Numbered from the stretch's first letter, positions 9,148-18,389 are shown. The stretch is DNA of 32,000 nucleotides from Nitratidesulfovibrio vulgaris str. Hildenborough (GCF_000195755.1 NC_002937.3:3480001-3512000); one strand, 5' to 3'. Program-made: numbers and translations. Notes: generated by a model from the letters alone, not told the origin.

Positions 9148-9177
9148 TTCCGTCGTTCCATAGTCGGTGCCGCGCCC

Positions 9178-10068
9178 TCACCCTTCCATCCCGAAGGGCC
9201 GCACCGCGTCGAGAAAGGCCCGTAACAGCGCGTCGTCGCGCCCCTTGCGCCACGCGAGGTCGAGCCTGATGTCCGGCAAGGGCCCGATAATCGTCCGGTA
9301 GGCGACGCCTTCGCGCGGTTCGCGGCGCGTCGCGCCGGGGACGATGGCGACACCTGTACCCGCCGCCACCAGTGCCTTCTGTGTGCCGATGGAGACGGCC
9401 TCCTGACCGATGCGCGGCGAGAAGCCCACGCTACGGCACGCCTCGATGATGGCATCATACGCCGCCGGAAAGACCGGACGCGGATACATGACCAGCGGCA
9501 CGTCCCGCAGGTCGGCGAGGTTCACGCTGTCGCGCCCCGCCAGCGGATGGCGTTCAGGCAGGGCGAGGATGTAGCTGTCGTGCAGGAAGGGTTCGGTGGT
9601 GAGGTCGTCGGGCGTCTCCCCGAGGTTGCGGAAGAGCCCCACATCAAGCCTGCCCTCTGCGATGGCGCGGCGCTGCACCAGTGTACCGCTTTCGCGCAAC
9701 TCCAGCCTCACGGCAGGGTGCCTCTCCCGGAATGCCGCCACACCCGCCGGAAAGCGCGTGGATACGGCGCTGCCTACAAAGCCCACACGCAACCTGCCAC
9801 GCTCGCCCTGCGCCACACCGCGCACCCTGTCCACAGCCTCTTCAAGCCCCCGCAATACGCCGCGCACGTCTTCAAGGAACGCCTCGCCCTCGGGGGTGAG
9901 GAGCACCCTCCGGCTGGTGCGGTCGAAAAGCCGCGCCCCGAGTTCTTCTTCGAGGGCGCGTATCTGCTGGCTGAGAGGGGGTTGCGAGACATGCACCCTG
10001 CGTGCGGCCCGCCCGAAATGCAGTTCCTCGGCGAGCGCCACGAAATAGCGGAGTTGACGGAGTTCCAT
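9178..10068 (-). CDS. LysR-family transcriptional regulator
   Basis: The homologous start is MELRQLRYFVALAEELHFGRAARRVHVSQPPLSQQIRALEEELG, a typical LysR wHTH, at Met 44 of ORF 9178..10197. A substrate-binding domain follows. Confidence 0.9.
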   Translation of the reverse strand: MELRQLRYFVALAEELHFGRAARRVHVSQPPLSQQIRALEEELGARLFDRTSRRVLLTPEGEAFLEDVRGVLRGLEEAVDRVRGVAQGERGRLRVGFVGSAVSTRFPAGVAAFRERHPAVRLELRESGTLVQRRAIAEGRLDVGLFRNLGETPDDLTTEPFLHDSYILALPERHPLAGRDSVNLADLRDVPLVMYPRPVFPAAYDAIIEACRSVGFSPRIGQEAVSIGTQKALVAAGTGVAIVPGATRREPREGVAYRTIIGPLPDIRLDLAWRKGRDDALLRAFLDAVRPFGMEG

Positions 10069-10071
10069 ATT

Positions 10072-10119
10072 GATATGTCCTGCGAATCGATTCGTTGAAA
10101 AGTTCGAATTGGACATATC
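10072..10119. promoter_or_regulatory. nested palindromes in the LysR divergent control region
   Basis: GATATGTCC (10072-10080) and GGACATATC (10111-10119) form a 9-bp inverted repeat. It encloses the palindrome GAATCGATTC (10084-10093) and a TTCGAA. The first arm starts 4 nt upstream of the lysR ATG. Confidence 0.4.
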
Positions 10120-10167
10120 ACCGGTGCGGGCATAGCGTCCACCCAGCAACGGATAAGGAGCTTGACC

Positions 10168-10410
10168 GTGAAAGCAGCCGCGCTTCCCCCAAGGCACTCC
10201 CGCAGCCAGTCAGCCATTTTCCCGATGGTCGGCAGGCTGGTCTGGGCGGTACTCGCGGGCCTGCTGGTCGATCCATCTAGGGCCGGGGCGATCGGCGCCC
10301 CGGCGCTCCTGCCTGCCTCACGGCAGCTGCCGGGAGACGGCTGGCCCGACATGACGCAAGAGCCCAGCACAGCCATGACGGTGCAGCAAGAAAACCGGCC
10401 CCGGACGTGA
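10168..10410 (+). CDS. hypothetical small protein (80 aa) with one hydrophobic segment, divergent from the LysR gene
   Basis: GTG start 7 nt after the strong SD AAGGAG (10155-10160). Third-position GC is about 79%, typical of coding frames here. Hydrophobic stretch GRLVWAVLAGLLV. I recognise no family. Confidence 0.4.
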   Translation: MKAAALPPRHSRSQSAIFPMVGRLVWAVLAGLLVDPSRAGAIGAPALLPASRQLPGDGWPDMTQEPSTAMTVQQENRPRT

Positions 10411-10486
10411 CGGCATCGCCGTCCATCACATGACATAGCCCGCCCACGGGCACGACGACACCGCCTGTCCCGTGCCTGTATATCGA

Positions 10487-10522
10487 AACGGCCTCCCATA
10501 CCCTGCCGGGTGGGAGGCCGTT
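10487..10522. terminator. 12-bp GC-rich hairpin, possible bidirectional terminator
   Basis: AACGGCCTCCCA / TGGGAGGCCGTT with a 12-nt loop. It lies between the convergent small ORF (stop 10410) and the U32 gene (stop 10740). Neither side has a clear U-tract. Confidence 0.4.
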
Positions 10523-10739
10523 CGACATTGCTCATGCGACAGATGACAGTTCTCGATATGGAGCGCCGCCCCTGCCTGATGGCGACCGCCCGTTCAGGCT
10601 GCCGCCATCAGCGAGATGCACTTCCGCACCTCATCTATCCGGGCGTGTACCGTTGCGGCGTTGCCTGTCCGTCAGACTGGCTGACCGCAATGGCGCGCCC
10701 CCAGTGGAAGCTGCGTTCGCACCACCTGCCGTGACGCCG

Positions 10740-12716
10740 CTACAGCAGCGGGAGGTCCCAGTTGAACGTGCTGGCGCGGCGCGCCTCGGGCAGGTTCTTG
10801 GGCGGGTATTCGTCGATGCGCACGCCGAAGGCATAGCCCGCTGCATCCAGTTCAGCCCTACGGGCGCTGATGTCCAGCGGCCAGCCGGGGTATATCCACG
10901 TGTTCTGACCGTAGCGACGAGCCCAGAACACCTCGCCCTTGGGGCTGGAGAACGGTTCGCCGGGCTTCACGCCCTCAAGCTGATGCCGCGCGATGCCCAT
11001 GGGCCAGAAGCCGGAAAGCACCACACCCAGCGGCAGGCAGCTTTCTTTGGGCAGGGCGAGCAGGTCTTCGCCCGCAAGTTCGGGGCTGACGATGGCGGCG
11101 GAGAAGCCGTGCTCGCGCAGGCATGCCAGCGCCGCCGCGTTGCCGATGTTGCAGAATGGCCCGGCGATGAAGTCCAGGTCGTCACGCTCCGGGAAAAGGC
11201 CGAGCTGCCACGGCGCATTGAGCACGAAGTGCCGCGCACCGTTGCGTAGCGCCTGCACCACCATGCGCCGGTGGGCGTCCTCCTCGTCGGGCCAGATGAC
11301 CGGCGAAAGCCACCATGCCATACGCCCGAACACCGTGCGCGAGACCTCCTGCACCGACTTGGGCGACAGCCACAGCCCGGTGACGACGCCACGCGAACCG
11401 CGCGTCTCCATGCCATGGGGGACGGAACTGCGCAGCACCATGTCTGGGCGCTTGCGTCCGCGTACTGGGGCGGGCAGCTTCGGTTCGAAGTCCACGGCTG
11501 TGGCCTTGCGCCCGTGGCACTTGGCGAGGCGGTTCTGCCATTCGCGCAGGATGTGCATCATCTCCGGCTCGCGGCGGTCGATGAGGAACACGGGCGTGCC
11601 CGCCTTGGGCGTCTTGTGGCGGGGCATCCGCAAGGTGAACGAACCGGCCTTGGGGATGCGGCGCGGTACGGGCTGCGTGGCATGCCACGGTTCATCTTCA
11701 TAGCCGATGCGCAGGTAGTCCTGCGGCAGCAGTTCGATGCGCGGCTTGAAGTAGACCGTGCCTTCCTTGTCGTGCTGAATCTTGCCGACGAGAAGACCGG
11801 AACTGGTCTGCTCGTCGAAGGCGGTGGGGCCCTTCGAGCGTTGCGGCAGGAACCCGGCATGGGTTCCCGGACGGCCCAGCGCCATCTTCAGGATGCGTTC
11901 GGCATCCTTCCGCACCTGCGGGTCGTCGGGGTTGTCACGCAACATGCGGTAGGCGGTGACCACATGGAAGACGTAATGCGGCCCCTTCTTGCGGCCTTCT
12001 ATCTTCCACGAAGAGAGATTGGGCACGTCGAGCAACGTCTTGGACAGCACGTCCAGCGACAGGTCGAGGCATGAGAAGTAGCGGCCCTCGCGCCCCTTCT
12101 GGCGGTAGACGCGGCGGCACGGCTGCACGCAGCGCCCGCGCAGGCCGCTCTTGCCGCCCATGTAGCTCGACCAGTAGCAGCGGCCCGAGACGCAGTAGCA
12201 CAGCGCCCCGTGCACGAAGAGTTCGAGGTCGAGCCCTTCGGGGCAGGCTTCGCCCATGCTCCGCACCTCGTCGATGTTCAGTTCGCGCGGCAGGATGACG
12301 CGGTCGGCCCCGAAGGCCTTGGCGGCGCGCAGCCCGTCGGCGTGGGTGACGTTGGCGAGGGTGGAGAAGTGCAACTCACCCTTGAACCCCGCCTGACGCG
12401 CCACCTCGGCCACACCGAGGTCTTGCAGGATGAGGGCGTCGGGCATCACGTCGCGGGCGAGGCGGGCGATGAGGCGTCCGGCGGCGTCGGGGTCGCCGGG
12501 CTTGAGCATGGTGTTGAGCGCCACGTAGACACGGCGGTCGTGGGTATGGGCCAGTTCGACGAGGCGCGAGAGCTCGGTGAGGCCGAAGTTGTCGGCCTGC
12601 ATACGGGCGGAGAAGTGCTTGAGACCGAGATATACGGCGTCGGCGCCTGCGGCGATGGCGGCGAGAAAGGCGGAGGTGTCGCCCGCGGGGGCGAGGATCT
12701 CTGGCTTGCGATGCAT
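10740..12716 (-). CDS. U32-family protein ('collagenase-like peptidase', probable Fe-S enzyme), 658 aa
   Basis: The homologous start is MHRKPEILAPAGD...AGADAVYLGLKHFSAR at Met 114 of ORF 10740..13055. Motifs: U32 core ELFVHGALCYCVSGRCYWSSYMGGKSGLRGRCVQPCRR and WKIEGRKKGPHYV. The C-terminal third repeats part of the barrel-like N-terminal pattern. Confidence 0.88.
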   Translation of the reverse strand: MHRKPEILAPAGDTSAFLAAIAAGADAVYLGLKHFSARMQADNFGLTELSRLVELAHTHDRRVYVALNTMLKPGDPDAAGRLIARLARDVMPDALILQDLGVAEVARQAGFKGELHFSTLANVTHADGLRAAKAFGADRVILPRELNIDEVRSMGEACPEGLDLELFVHGALCYCVSGRCYWSSYMGGKSGLRGRCVQPCRRVYRQKGREGRYFSCLDLSLDVLSKTLLDVPNLSSWKIEGRKKGPHYVFHVVTAYRMLRDNPDDPQVRKDAERILKMALGRPGTHAGFLPQRSKGPTAFDEQTSSGLLVGKIQHDKEGTVYFKPRIELLPQDYLRIGYEDEPWHATQPVPRRIPKAGSFTLRMPRHKTPKAGTPVFLIDRREPEMMHILREWQNRLAKCHGRKATAVDFEPKLPAPVRGRKRPDMVLRSSVPHGMETRGSRGVVTGLWLSPKSVQEVSRTVFGRMAWWLSPVIWPDEEDAHRRMVVQALRNGARHFVLNAPWQLGLFPERDDLDFIAGPFCNIGNAAALACLREHGFSAAIVSPELAGEDLLALPKESCLPLGVVLSGFWPMGIARHQLEGVKPGEPFSSPKGEVFWARRYGQNTWIYPGWPLDISARRAELDAAGYAFGVRIDEYPPKNLPEARRASTFNWDLPLL

Positions 12717-13096
12717 GGCGGAATGGTCCGGGGTGGCGGCAAGGGGCCGCGTTCGGGTGGCGTCGCGCCGGACGGCGCGCCGATGACATATAAATATAGC
12801 TCGCGCCGGGAGCAAGCGCAAACACCACGCCACAACGCTCCGGCGGACGATGCGGCACCACCGGGAACCGCCGGAACGGGGGAAATCGCCCCGTGCTACG
12901 GGATTGACCGCAAAGCGCCGTGGCACTACATACTTGGACAGGCGATATATGTTCGCGCCATGGCACTGACGGCTGCCCCCGACGTCACATCGCAAGAATG
13001 ACTTCGGGGTGCATGTCCGTGCCCCTGCCGCACCGTATACGCAGTCCATCATCACAGAATGCGGCCCGCAGACACCTGCCCGCCAAGGAAAGCAAC

Positions 13097-13915
13097 ATGC
13101 ACACCTCCGCCTGCACCGAACTCAAGGTGCTCGACCTCGTGCCCTTCGGCCTCACTTCGGGCGAGGCGCGCTTCTATGCCCTGCGCCTCGAACGGCCAGA
13201 CTGGGGCACATGGGCCCCCGGCCAGTTTGTCATGCTGCGCCCCGCAGGATGGGCCCTCGACATGCTATGGGCACGTCCCTTCTCCATCTGCCGCGTCAGC
13301 CGCCGAGACCTCGTCATCTTCTTTCAGGTCGTCGGGCGGGGTACGCGCCGCCTCGCCGAATTGCATGCCGGAGACACCGTGCACGTGTGGGGACCGCTGG
13401 GCAACAGCTTCGCCGTCGAACCCGACACCCCCACGCTGCTGCTTGCCGGCGGCATCGGCATCGCCCCGTTCATCGGCTACGTCCACGAACACCCCAAGCC
13501 GTGGAACGTATGGATGGACTTCGGGCACCGCATGCCGCTGGGCTGCTACCCCTTCGACAGCATCAGCGACCGCATCATGGCCGATACGCACATGGAGGAA
13601 TGCCCCGAAGACCTTCAGAAGTTCATCGACCTTCTGGGCTCCCGCATGGCCGAATTCGCCGAGAAACAGGGGCTGGTCCTCGCCTGCGGACCGACGCCCT
13701 TCCTGAAGACGGTGCGCGACCTCGCCCTGCATCACGGCGTACGGACGCAACTGTCGCTCGAGACGCGCATGGCCTGCGGCGTGGGCGCGTGCCTCGGCTG
13801 CGTGTGCCGTACCACCGAGAAGTGGCCCGACCCGGCCAAGGCCGAAGGGCGTGTGCAGACCTGCACCAGCGGCCCCATCTTCTGGGCCGACCAGATAACC
13901 TTCGACGAGGCGTAG
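13097..13915 (+). CDS. pyrK: dihydroorotate dehydrogenase (class 1B) electron-transfer subunit
   Basis: ATG at 13097 is preceded by AAGGAAAG. FAD/NAD-binding fold (RPFSIC, LLLAGGIGIAP). C-terminal 2Fe-2S motif MACGVGACLGCVC...CTSGPIF. Confidence 0.88.
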   Translation: MHTSACTELKVLDLVPFGLTSGEARFYALRLERPDWGTWAPGQFVMLRPAGWALDMLWARPFSICRVSRRDLVIFFQVVGRGTRRLAELHAGDTVHVWGPLGNSFAVEPDTPTLLLAGGIGIAPFIGYVHEHPKPWNVWMDFGHRMPLGCYPFDSISDRIMADTHMEECPEDLQKFIDLLGSRMAEFAEKQGLVLACGPTPFLKTVRDLALHHGVRTQLSLETRMACGVGACLGCVCRTTEKWPDPAKAEGRVQTCTSGPIFWADQITFDEA

Positions 13916-13923
13916 GAGCGCGT

Positions 13924-14847
13924 ATGGACCTCTCCGTCACCATCCCCGGCGGGTTGCACCCCCTCGCCCTGCGAAACCCCGTTCTCACGGCCTCCGGCAC
14001 CTTCGGCTATGGTGTCGAGTTCGAACCCTACGGCGACCTCACCGCCCTCGGCGGCATCGTGGTCAAGGGCCTCTCGCTGAAGCCGCGCCTCGGCAACCCC
14101 ATGCCCCGCGTGGCAGAGACCCCCTGTGGCATGCTCAACGCCGTGGGCCTGCAGAATGACGGGGTGGAGTGCTTCATCAACGAGAAGCTGCCCCGTCTGC
14201 CGTGGCGCGAACTGCCCGTCATCGCCAACATCTACGCCTGCGACCCCGGCAAATTCGGCGAACTGGCAGCCGTACTGGCAGCCGAAGAGGGCGTGGCCGC
14301 CCTCGAGGTCAACATCTCGTGCCCCAACGTGAAAGAGGGCGGCATCCTCTTCGGGCAGGACGCCCGTCAGGCCGCCCGCGTCACCGAGGCGGTGAAGATG
14401 CGCGCCGGGGCCAAGCCCGTCATCGTCAAGCTTTCGCCCAACGTCACCGACATCGTGACCATGGCGCGCGCCGTGGAGGATGCCGGGGCCGACATGCTGT
14501 CGTGCATCAACACGCTGTCGGGCATGGGCGTAGACATCCGCACCCGCAGGCCGCTGCTGGCCAACGTCATCGGGGGCCTCTCGGGGCCCGCCATCAAGCC
14601 CGTGGCGCTGCGCTGCGTCTGGCAGGTCTCGCGGGCCGTCTCCATTCCGGTCATCGGCATCGGGGGCATCGCCTCCGCCGAAGACGTGCTGGAGTTCATC
14701 CTCGTCGGCGCCCACGCCGTGCAGGTGGGTACGGCCAACTTCATGCGGCCCGACTTCGCCTTCCGGCTGGTGGATGAGCTGAACGAGTTGTGCGACCGCA
14801 TGGGCATTACCGACTGGGACGCCTTCAGGGGTTCACTCAAAGCCTGA
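13924..14847 (+). CDS. pyrD: dihydroorotate dehydrogenase class 1B catalytic subunit
   Basis: Starts MDLSVTIPG...NPVLTASGTFGYG. Catalytic Cys in NISCPNVKEGG. Also SPNVTDI, GGLSGPAIKP and GIGGIASAEDVLEF. The long upstream extension of this frame across pyrK is non-coding. Confidence 0.92.
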   Translation: MDLSVTIPGGLHPLALRNPVLTASGTFGYGVEFEPYGDLTALGGIVVKGLSLKPRLGNPMPRVAETPCGMLNAVGLQNDGVECFINEKLPRLPWRELPVIANIYACDPGKFGELAAVLAAEEGVAALEVNISCPNVKEGGILFGQDARQAARVTEAVKMRAGAKPVIVKLSPNVTDIVTMARAVEDAGADMLSCINTLSGMGVDIRTRRPLLANVIGGLSGPAIKPVALRCVWQVSRAVSIPVIGIGGIASAEDVLEFILVGAHAVQVGTANFMRPDFAFRLVDELNELCDRMGITDWDAFRGSLKA

Positions 14848-15160
14848 TCAGTTGTCCACGGGATGGCGGCAGCCATCTTGTGGAATGTCTGCAACCCCAA
14901 GGGGTGGAAGCGGCATACACCGCTTTCGCCCCTTTTGCATTGATGATGCGACTCGGCGATGCACCGCCACGGCGACTGCGGACATGTGCGCACCCTGAAA
15001 TAAAATGTGGCGCACCATCAAATGGCAGCGTCACACCCTCTCCATGCTCTCCACCACGACATCATCGACGTGCCCCTTGCGGACTGCATCCACACACCCG
15101 GCATACAGGGCCCTGACCATGCTTTTCTCACGCAGCACCGTCACATATCGAAGCTCCCTC

Positions 15161-15189
15161 TTGATTTGCCACGGCGTAGCGTCTACAAC
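15161..15189 (+). promoter_or_regulatory. candidate sigma-70 promoter for putA (TTGATT-N17-TACAAC)
   Basis: Read by eye in the 448-bp AT-enriched spacer. The -10 box ends about 107 nt upstream of the putA ATG. Confidence 0.25.
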
Positions 15190-15295
15190 CTTTGCAATCA
15201 TGTAAAATAGCGACCTTCCACCTCAGGCAGGTCACAGGAGCCACGCAGAGACCACGTCACACGCACACGACAGCAGCACCCCGCAGGAGGAACGC

Positions 15296-18200
15296 ATGGA
15301 TCAGCAACATCTCGACGGCAAGGTCGTCGAGCGCGGCAAAGAGTTCTTCAGAAGCATCAGCGGCGAGGCCCCCTCCATCTTCAACAAGGGATGGTGGACC
15401 GGTAAGGTCATGGACTGGGCCATGCAGAACGAGGACTTCAAGGTGCAGCTGTTCCGCTTCGTGGACGTGCTGCCCTACCTCAACACCTCCGAATCACTCC
15501 TGCGGCACATCCGCGAGTACTTCGCCACAGAAGACGCCGACATCCCCCCCGTACTCAAGTGGGGCGCGGGCAAGGCGGGCATCGGCGGGGCACTCACCGC
15601 CAAGCTCATGGGCATGACCATCCGCTCCAACATCGAGGGCATGGCGCGCCAGTTCATCATCGGCGACAACAGCAAGGAAGCCGTGAAGGGCCTTGCGAAG
15701 CTTCGCAAGGACGGCTTCACCTTCACTGTCGACCTTCTCGGTGAAGCCACCGTCAGCGAAGAGGAATCAGAAGCCTACGCGCAGGGCTACCACGAAGTGG
15801 TCGACGCCATCGCCCGTGAGCAGGAGAAATGGAAGGCGCTGCCCGGCAACGGCCCGGTGGAGGGCTTCGACTGGGGTGCCACACCCAAGGTCAACGTCTC
15901 CATCAAGCCTTCGGCCCTCTACTCGCAGGCCAAGCCCGTCGACGTGGAAGGCTCGGTGCGCGGCATCCTCTCGCGCCTTGTGCCCATCTACCGCAAGGTG
16001 GTGGCCATGGGCGGCTTCCTGTGCATCGACATGGAGCAGCTCAAATACAAGGAGATGACGCTGGAGCTTTTCAAGCGCCTGCGTTCCGACCCCGAATTCC
16101 GTCACTACCCGCATCTTTCCATCGTGTTGCAGGCCTACCTGCGCGATACCGAGAAGGACCTTGATGACCTGCTGCACTGGGCACGCAGCGAGAAGCTGCC
16201 CATCGGCATCCGCCTCGTGAAGGGCGCGTACTGGGACTACGAGACCGTCATCGCCAAGCAGAACGGCTGGGAGATTCCGGTCTGGACCGACAAGCCCGAG
16301 TCGGACATCGCCTACGAGAAGCTGGCGCACCGCATCCTCGAGAACAGCGACATCGTGTACTTCGCCTGCGCGTCGCACAACGTGCGCACCATCGCCGCCG
16401 TCATGGAGACGGCCCTCGCGCTGAACGTGCCCGAACACCGCTACGAGTTTCAGGTGCTCTACGGCATGGCAGAACCCGTGCGCAAGGGCCTCAAGAACGT
16501 GGCGGGGCGCGTGCGCCTGTACTGCCCCTACGGTGAACTCATCCCCGGCATGGCCTACCTCGTGCGCCGTCTGCTGGAGAACACCGCCAACGAGTCGTTC
16601 CTGCGGCAAAGCTTCGCCGAAGGGGCCGCCCTCGAGCGTCTTCTGGAGAACCCGCAGAAGACCCTGCACCGCCTGCTTGCCGCACGGCCCGAACCCCGCG
16701 CCGTCGAACCGGGGCCCGGCGGTCTGCCGCCCTTCACCAACGACGCCATGATCGACTTCACCGTGCCCGACAACCGCAAGGCCTTCGTCGAGGCATTGGC
16801 CGACGTGCGCTCGCGCTTCGGGCAGACGGTGCCGCTGTACATCGGCGGGCGCGACGTGACCACCGCAGACCTCATCCCCACCACCAACCCGGCGAAGCCC
16901 GCAGAGGTGGTCGCCTCCATATGTCAGGCCGGACGGCCGGAAATCGACGACGCCATCGCCGCCGCGAAGAAGGCGGCACTCACATGGCGCGACACGTCGC
17001 CCGCCGACAGGGCCGCCTACCTGCGTCGTGCCGCCGACATCTGCCGCAAGCGCATCTGGGAACTTTCGGCATGGCAGGTCGTCGAGGTGGGCAAGCAGTG
17101 GGACCAGGCCTACCATGACGTGACCGAAGGCATCGACTTCCTCGAATACTATGCGCGTGAGATGCTGCGCCTTGGCGCACCCCGGCGCATGGGGCGCGCG
17201 CCCGGCGAGCACAACCACCTGTTCTATCAGCCCAAGGGCATCGCGGCGGTCATCGCCCCGTGGAACTTCCCGTTCGCCATCGCCATCGGCATGGCTTCGG
17301 CAGCCATCGTCACGGGCAACCCCGTCATCTTCAAGCCCTCGTCCATCTCGTCGCGCATCGGTTACAACCTTGCCGAGGTCTTCCGCGAGGCGGGGCTTCC
17401 CGAGGGCGTGTTCAACTACTGCCCCGGCCGCAGTTCCATCATGGGCGACTACCTCGTCGAACACCCCGACATCAGCCTCATCTGCTTCACGGGCTCCATG
17501 GAAGTGGGCCTGCGCATTCAGGAGAAGGCCGCGAAGGTGCAGCCCGGGCAGCGGCAGTGCAAACGCGTCATCGCCGAGATGGGCGGCAAGAACGCCACCA
17601 TCATCGACGACGACGCCGACCTCGACGAGGCCGTGTTGCAGGTGCTGTACTCCGCCTTCGGCTTTCAGGGGCAGAAGTGCTCGGCCTGCTCACGGGTCAT
17701 CGTTCTCGACGCCATCTACGACCGCTTCATCGAACGGCTGGTGAAGGCCGCCTCGTCCATCCACATCGGCCCATCCGAAGACCCGTCCAACTACATGGGC
17801 CCTGTGGCTGACGCCACCTTGCAGAAGAACGTCAGCGACTACATCCGCATCGCCGAAGAAGAGGGCAGGGTGCTGCTCAAGCGCACCGACCTTCCCGCGG
17901 AAGGCTGCTACGTGCCACTTACCATCGTCGGCGACATCCGGCCCGAACATCGCATCGCGCAGGAGGAGATTTTCGGCCCTGTGCTTGCCGTCATGCGCGC
18001 CGCGACCTTCGATGAGGCCCTCTCCATCGCCAACGGTACGCGCTTCGCCCTGACGGGTGCCGTCTTCTCGCGCAGCCCCGAACACCTCGACAAGGCACGC
18101 CGCGAATTCCGCGTGGGCAACCTCTACCTCAACAAGGGCTCCACCGGGGCGCTTGTCGAGCGTCAGCCCTTCGGCGGCTTCGCCATGTCCGGCGTGGGCT

Positions 18201-18316
18201 CCAAGACGGGCGGGCCCGACTACCTGTTGCAGTTCATGGACCCGCGCGTGGTGACGGAGAACACCATGCGTCGCGGTTTCACCCCCATCGACGAGGACGA
18301 CGACTGGATCGTCTAG
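15296..18316 (+). CDS. putA: bifunctional proline dehydrogenase / L-glutamate-gamma-semialdehyde (P5C) dehydrogenase
   Basis: 1006 aa. SD GGAGGAA lies upstream. The N-terminal half is PRODH-like. The C-terminal half is an aldehyde dehydrogenase (PWNFP, FTGS, EMGGKNA, catalytic Cys in QGQKCSACSR). No N-terminal DNA-binding domain. Confidence 0.92.
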   Translation: MDQQHLDGKVVERGKEFFRSISGEAPSIFNKGWWTGKVMDWAMQNEDFKVQLFRFVDVLPYLNTSESLLRHIREYFATEDADIPPVLKWGAGKAGIGGALTAKLMGMTIRSNIEGMARQFIIGDNSKEAVKGLAKLRKDGFTFTVDLLGEATVSEEESEAYAQGYHEVVDAIAREQEKWKALPGNGPVEGFDWGATPKVNVSIKPSALYSQAKPVDVEGSVRGILSRLVPIYRKVVAMGGFLCIDMEQLKYKEMTLELFKRLRSDPEFRHYPHLSIVLQAYLRDTEKDLDDLLHWARSEKLPIGIRLVKGAYWDYETVIAKQNGWEIPVWTDKPESDIAYEKLAHRILENSDIVYFACASHNVRTIAAVMETALALNVPEHRYEFQVLYGMAEPVRKGLKNVAGRVRLYCPYGELIPGMAYLVRRLLENTANESFLRQSFAEGAALERLLENPQKTLHRLLAARPEPRAVEPGPGGLPPFTNDAMIDFTVPDNRKAFVEALADVRSRFGQTVPLYIGGRDVTTADLIPTTNPAKPAEVVASICQAGRPEIDDAIAAAKKAALTWRDTSPADRAAYLRRAADICRKRIWELSAWQVVEVGKQWDQAYHDVTEGIDFLEYYAREMLRLGAPRRMGRAPGEHNHLFYQPKGIAAVIAPWNFPFAIAIGMASAAIVTGNPVIFKPSSISSRIGYNLAEVFREAGLPEGVFNYCPGRSSIMGDYLVEHPDISLICFTGSMEVGLRIQEKAAKVQPGQRQCKRVIAEMGGKNATIIDDDADLDEAVLQVLYSAFGFQGQKCSACSRVIVLDAIYDRFIERLVKAASSIHIGPSEDPSNYMGPVADATLQKNVSDYIRIAEEEGRVLLKRTDLPAEGCYVPLTIVGDIRPEHRIAQEEIFGPVLAVMRAATFDEALSIANGTRFALTGAVFSRSPEHLDKARREFRVGNLYLNKGSTGALVERQPFGGFAMSGVGSKTGGPDYLLQFMDPRVVTENTMRRGFTPIDEDDDWIV

Positions 18317-18389
18317 AGGGCGGGTGACGAGGGCAGTGCACGGCCTCGACGAGGTTATACGCACGGCCCACGCCAGACAGACCACAATG

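Noticed and set aside
9178-10197. N-terminal extensions of several track ORFs: LysR 10069-10197, U32 12717-13055, SMR 23136-23366, hydrolase 5349-5522, ABC ATPase 21174-21365, pyrK 12920-13096 and small protein 23799-23963.
   Set aside because: Family homology begins at an internal Met in each case. That Met usually has an SD-like sequence, and the upstream residues are compositionally aberrant or overlap neighbouring genes.
12961-12976. TGGCAC-containing sigma-54-like sites upstream of pyrK (12921 and 12961) and inside the islet leader (8547-8563).
   Set aside because: The spacing to the nearest GC is 11 nt (12961), or there is no TTGC-like -12 box at all (12921 and 8547). pyrK/pyrD are not expected sigma-54 targets.
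13009-13923. 915-nt upstream extension of the pyrD reading frame across pyrK, giving an apparent 612-aa ORF.
   Set aside because: The extension translates to Arg/Pro/His-rich nonsense and overlaps the well-supported pyrK frame. PyrD homology starts exactly at MDLSVTIPG (13924), 8 nt after the pyrK stop.
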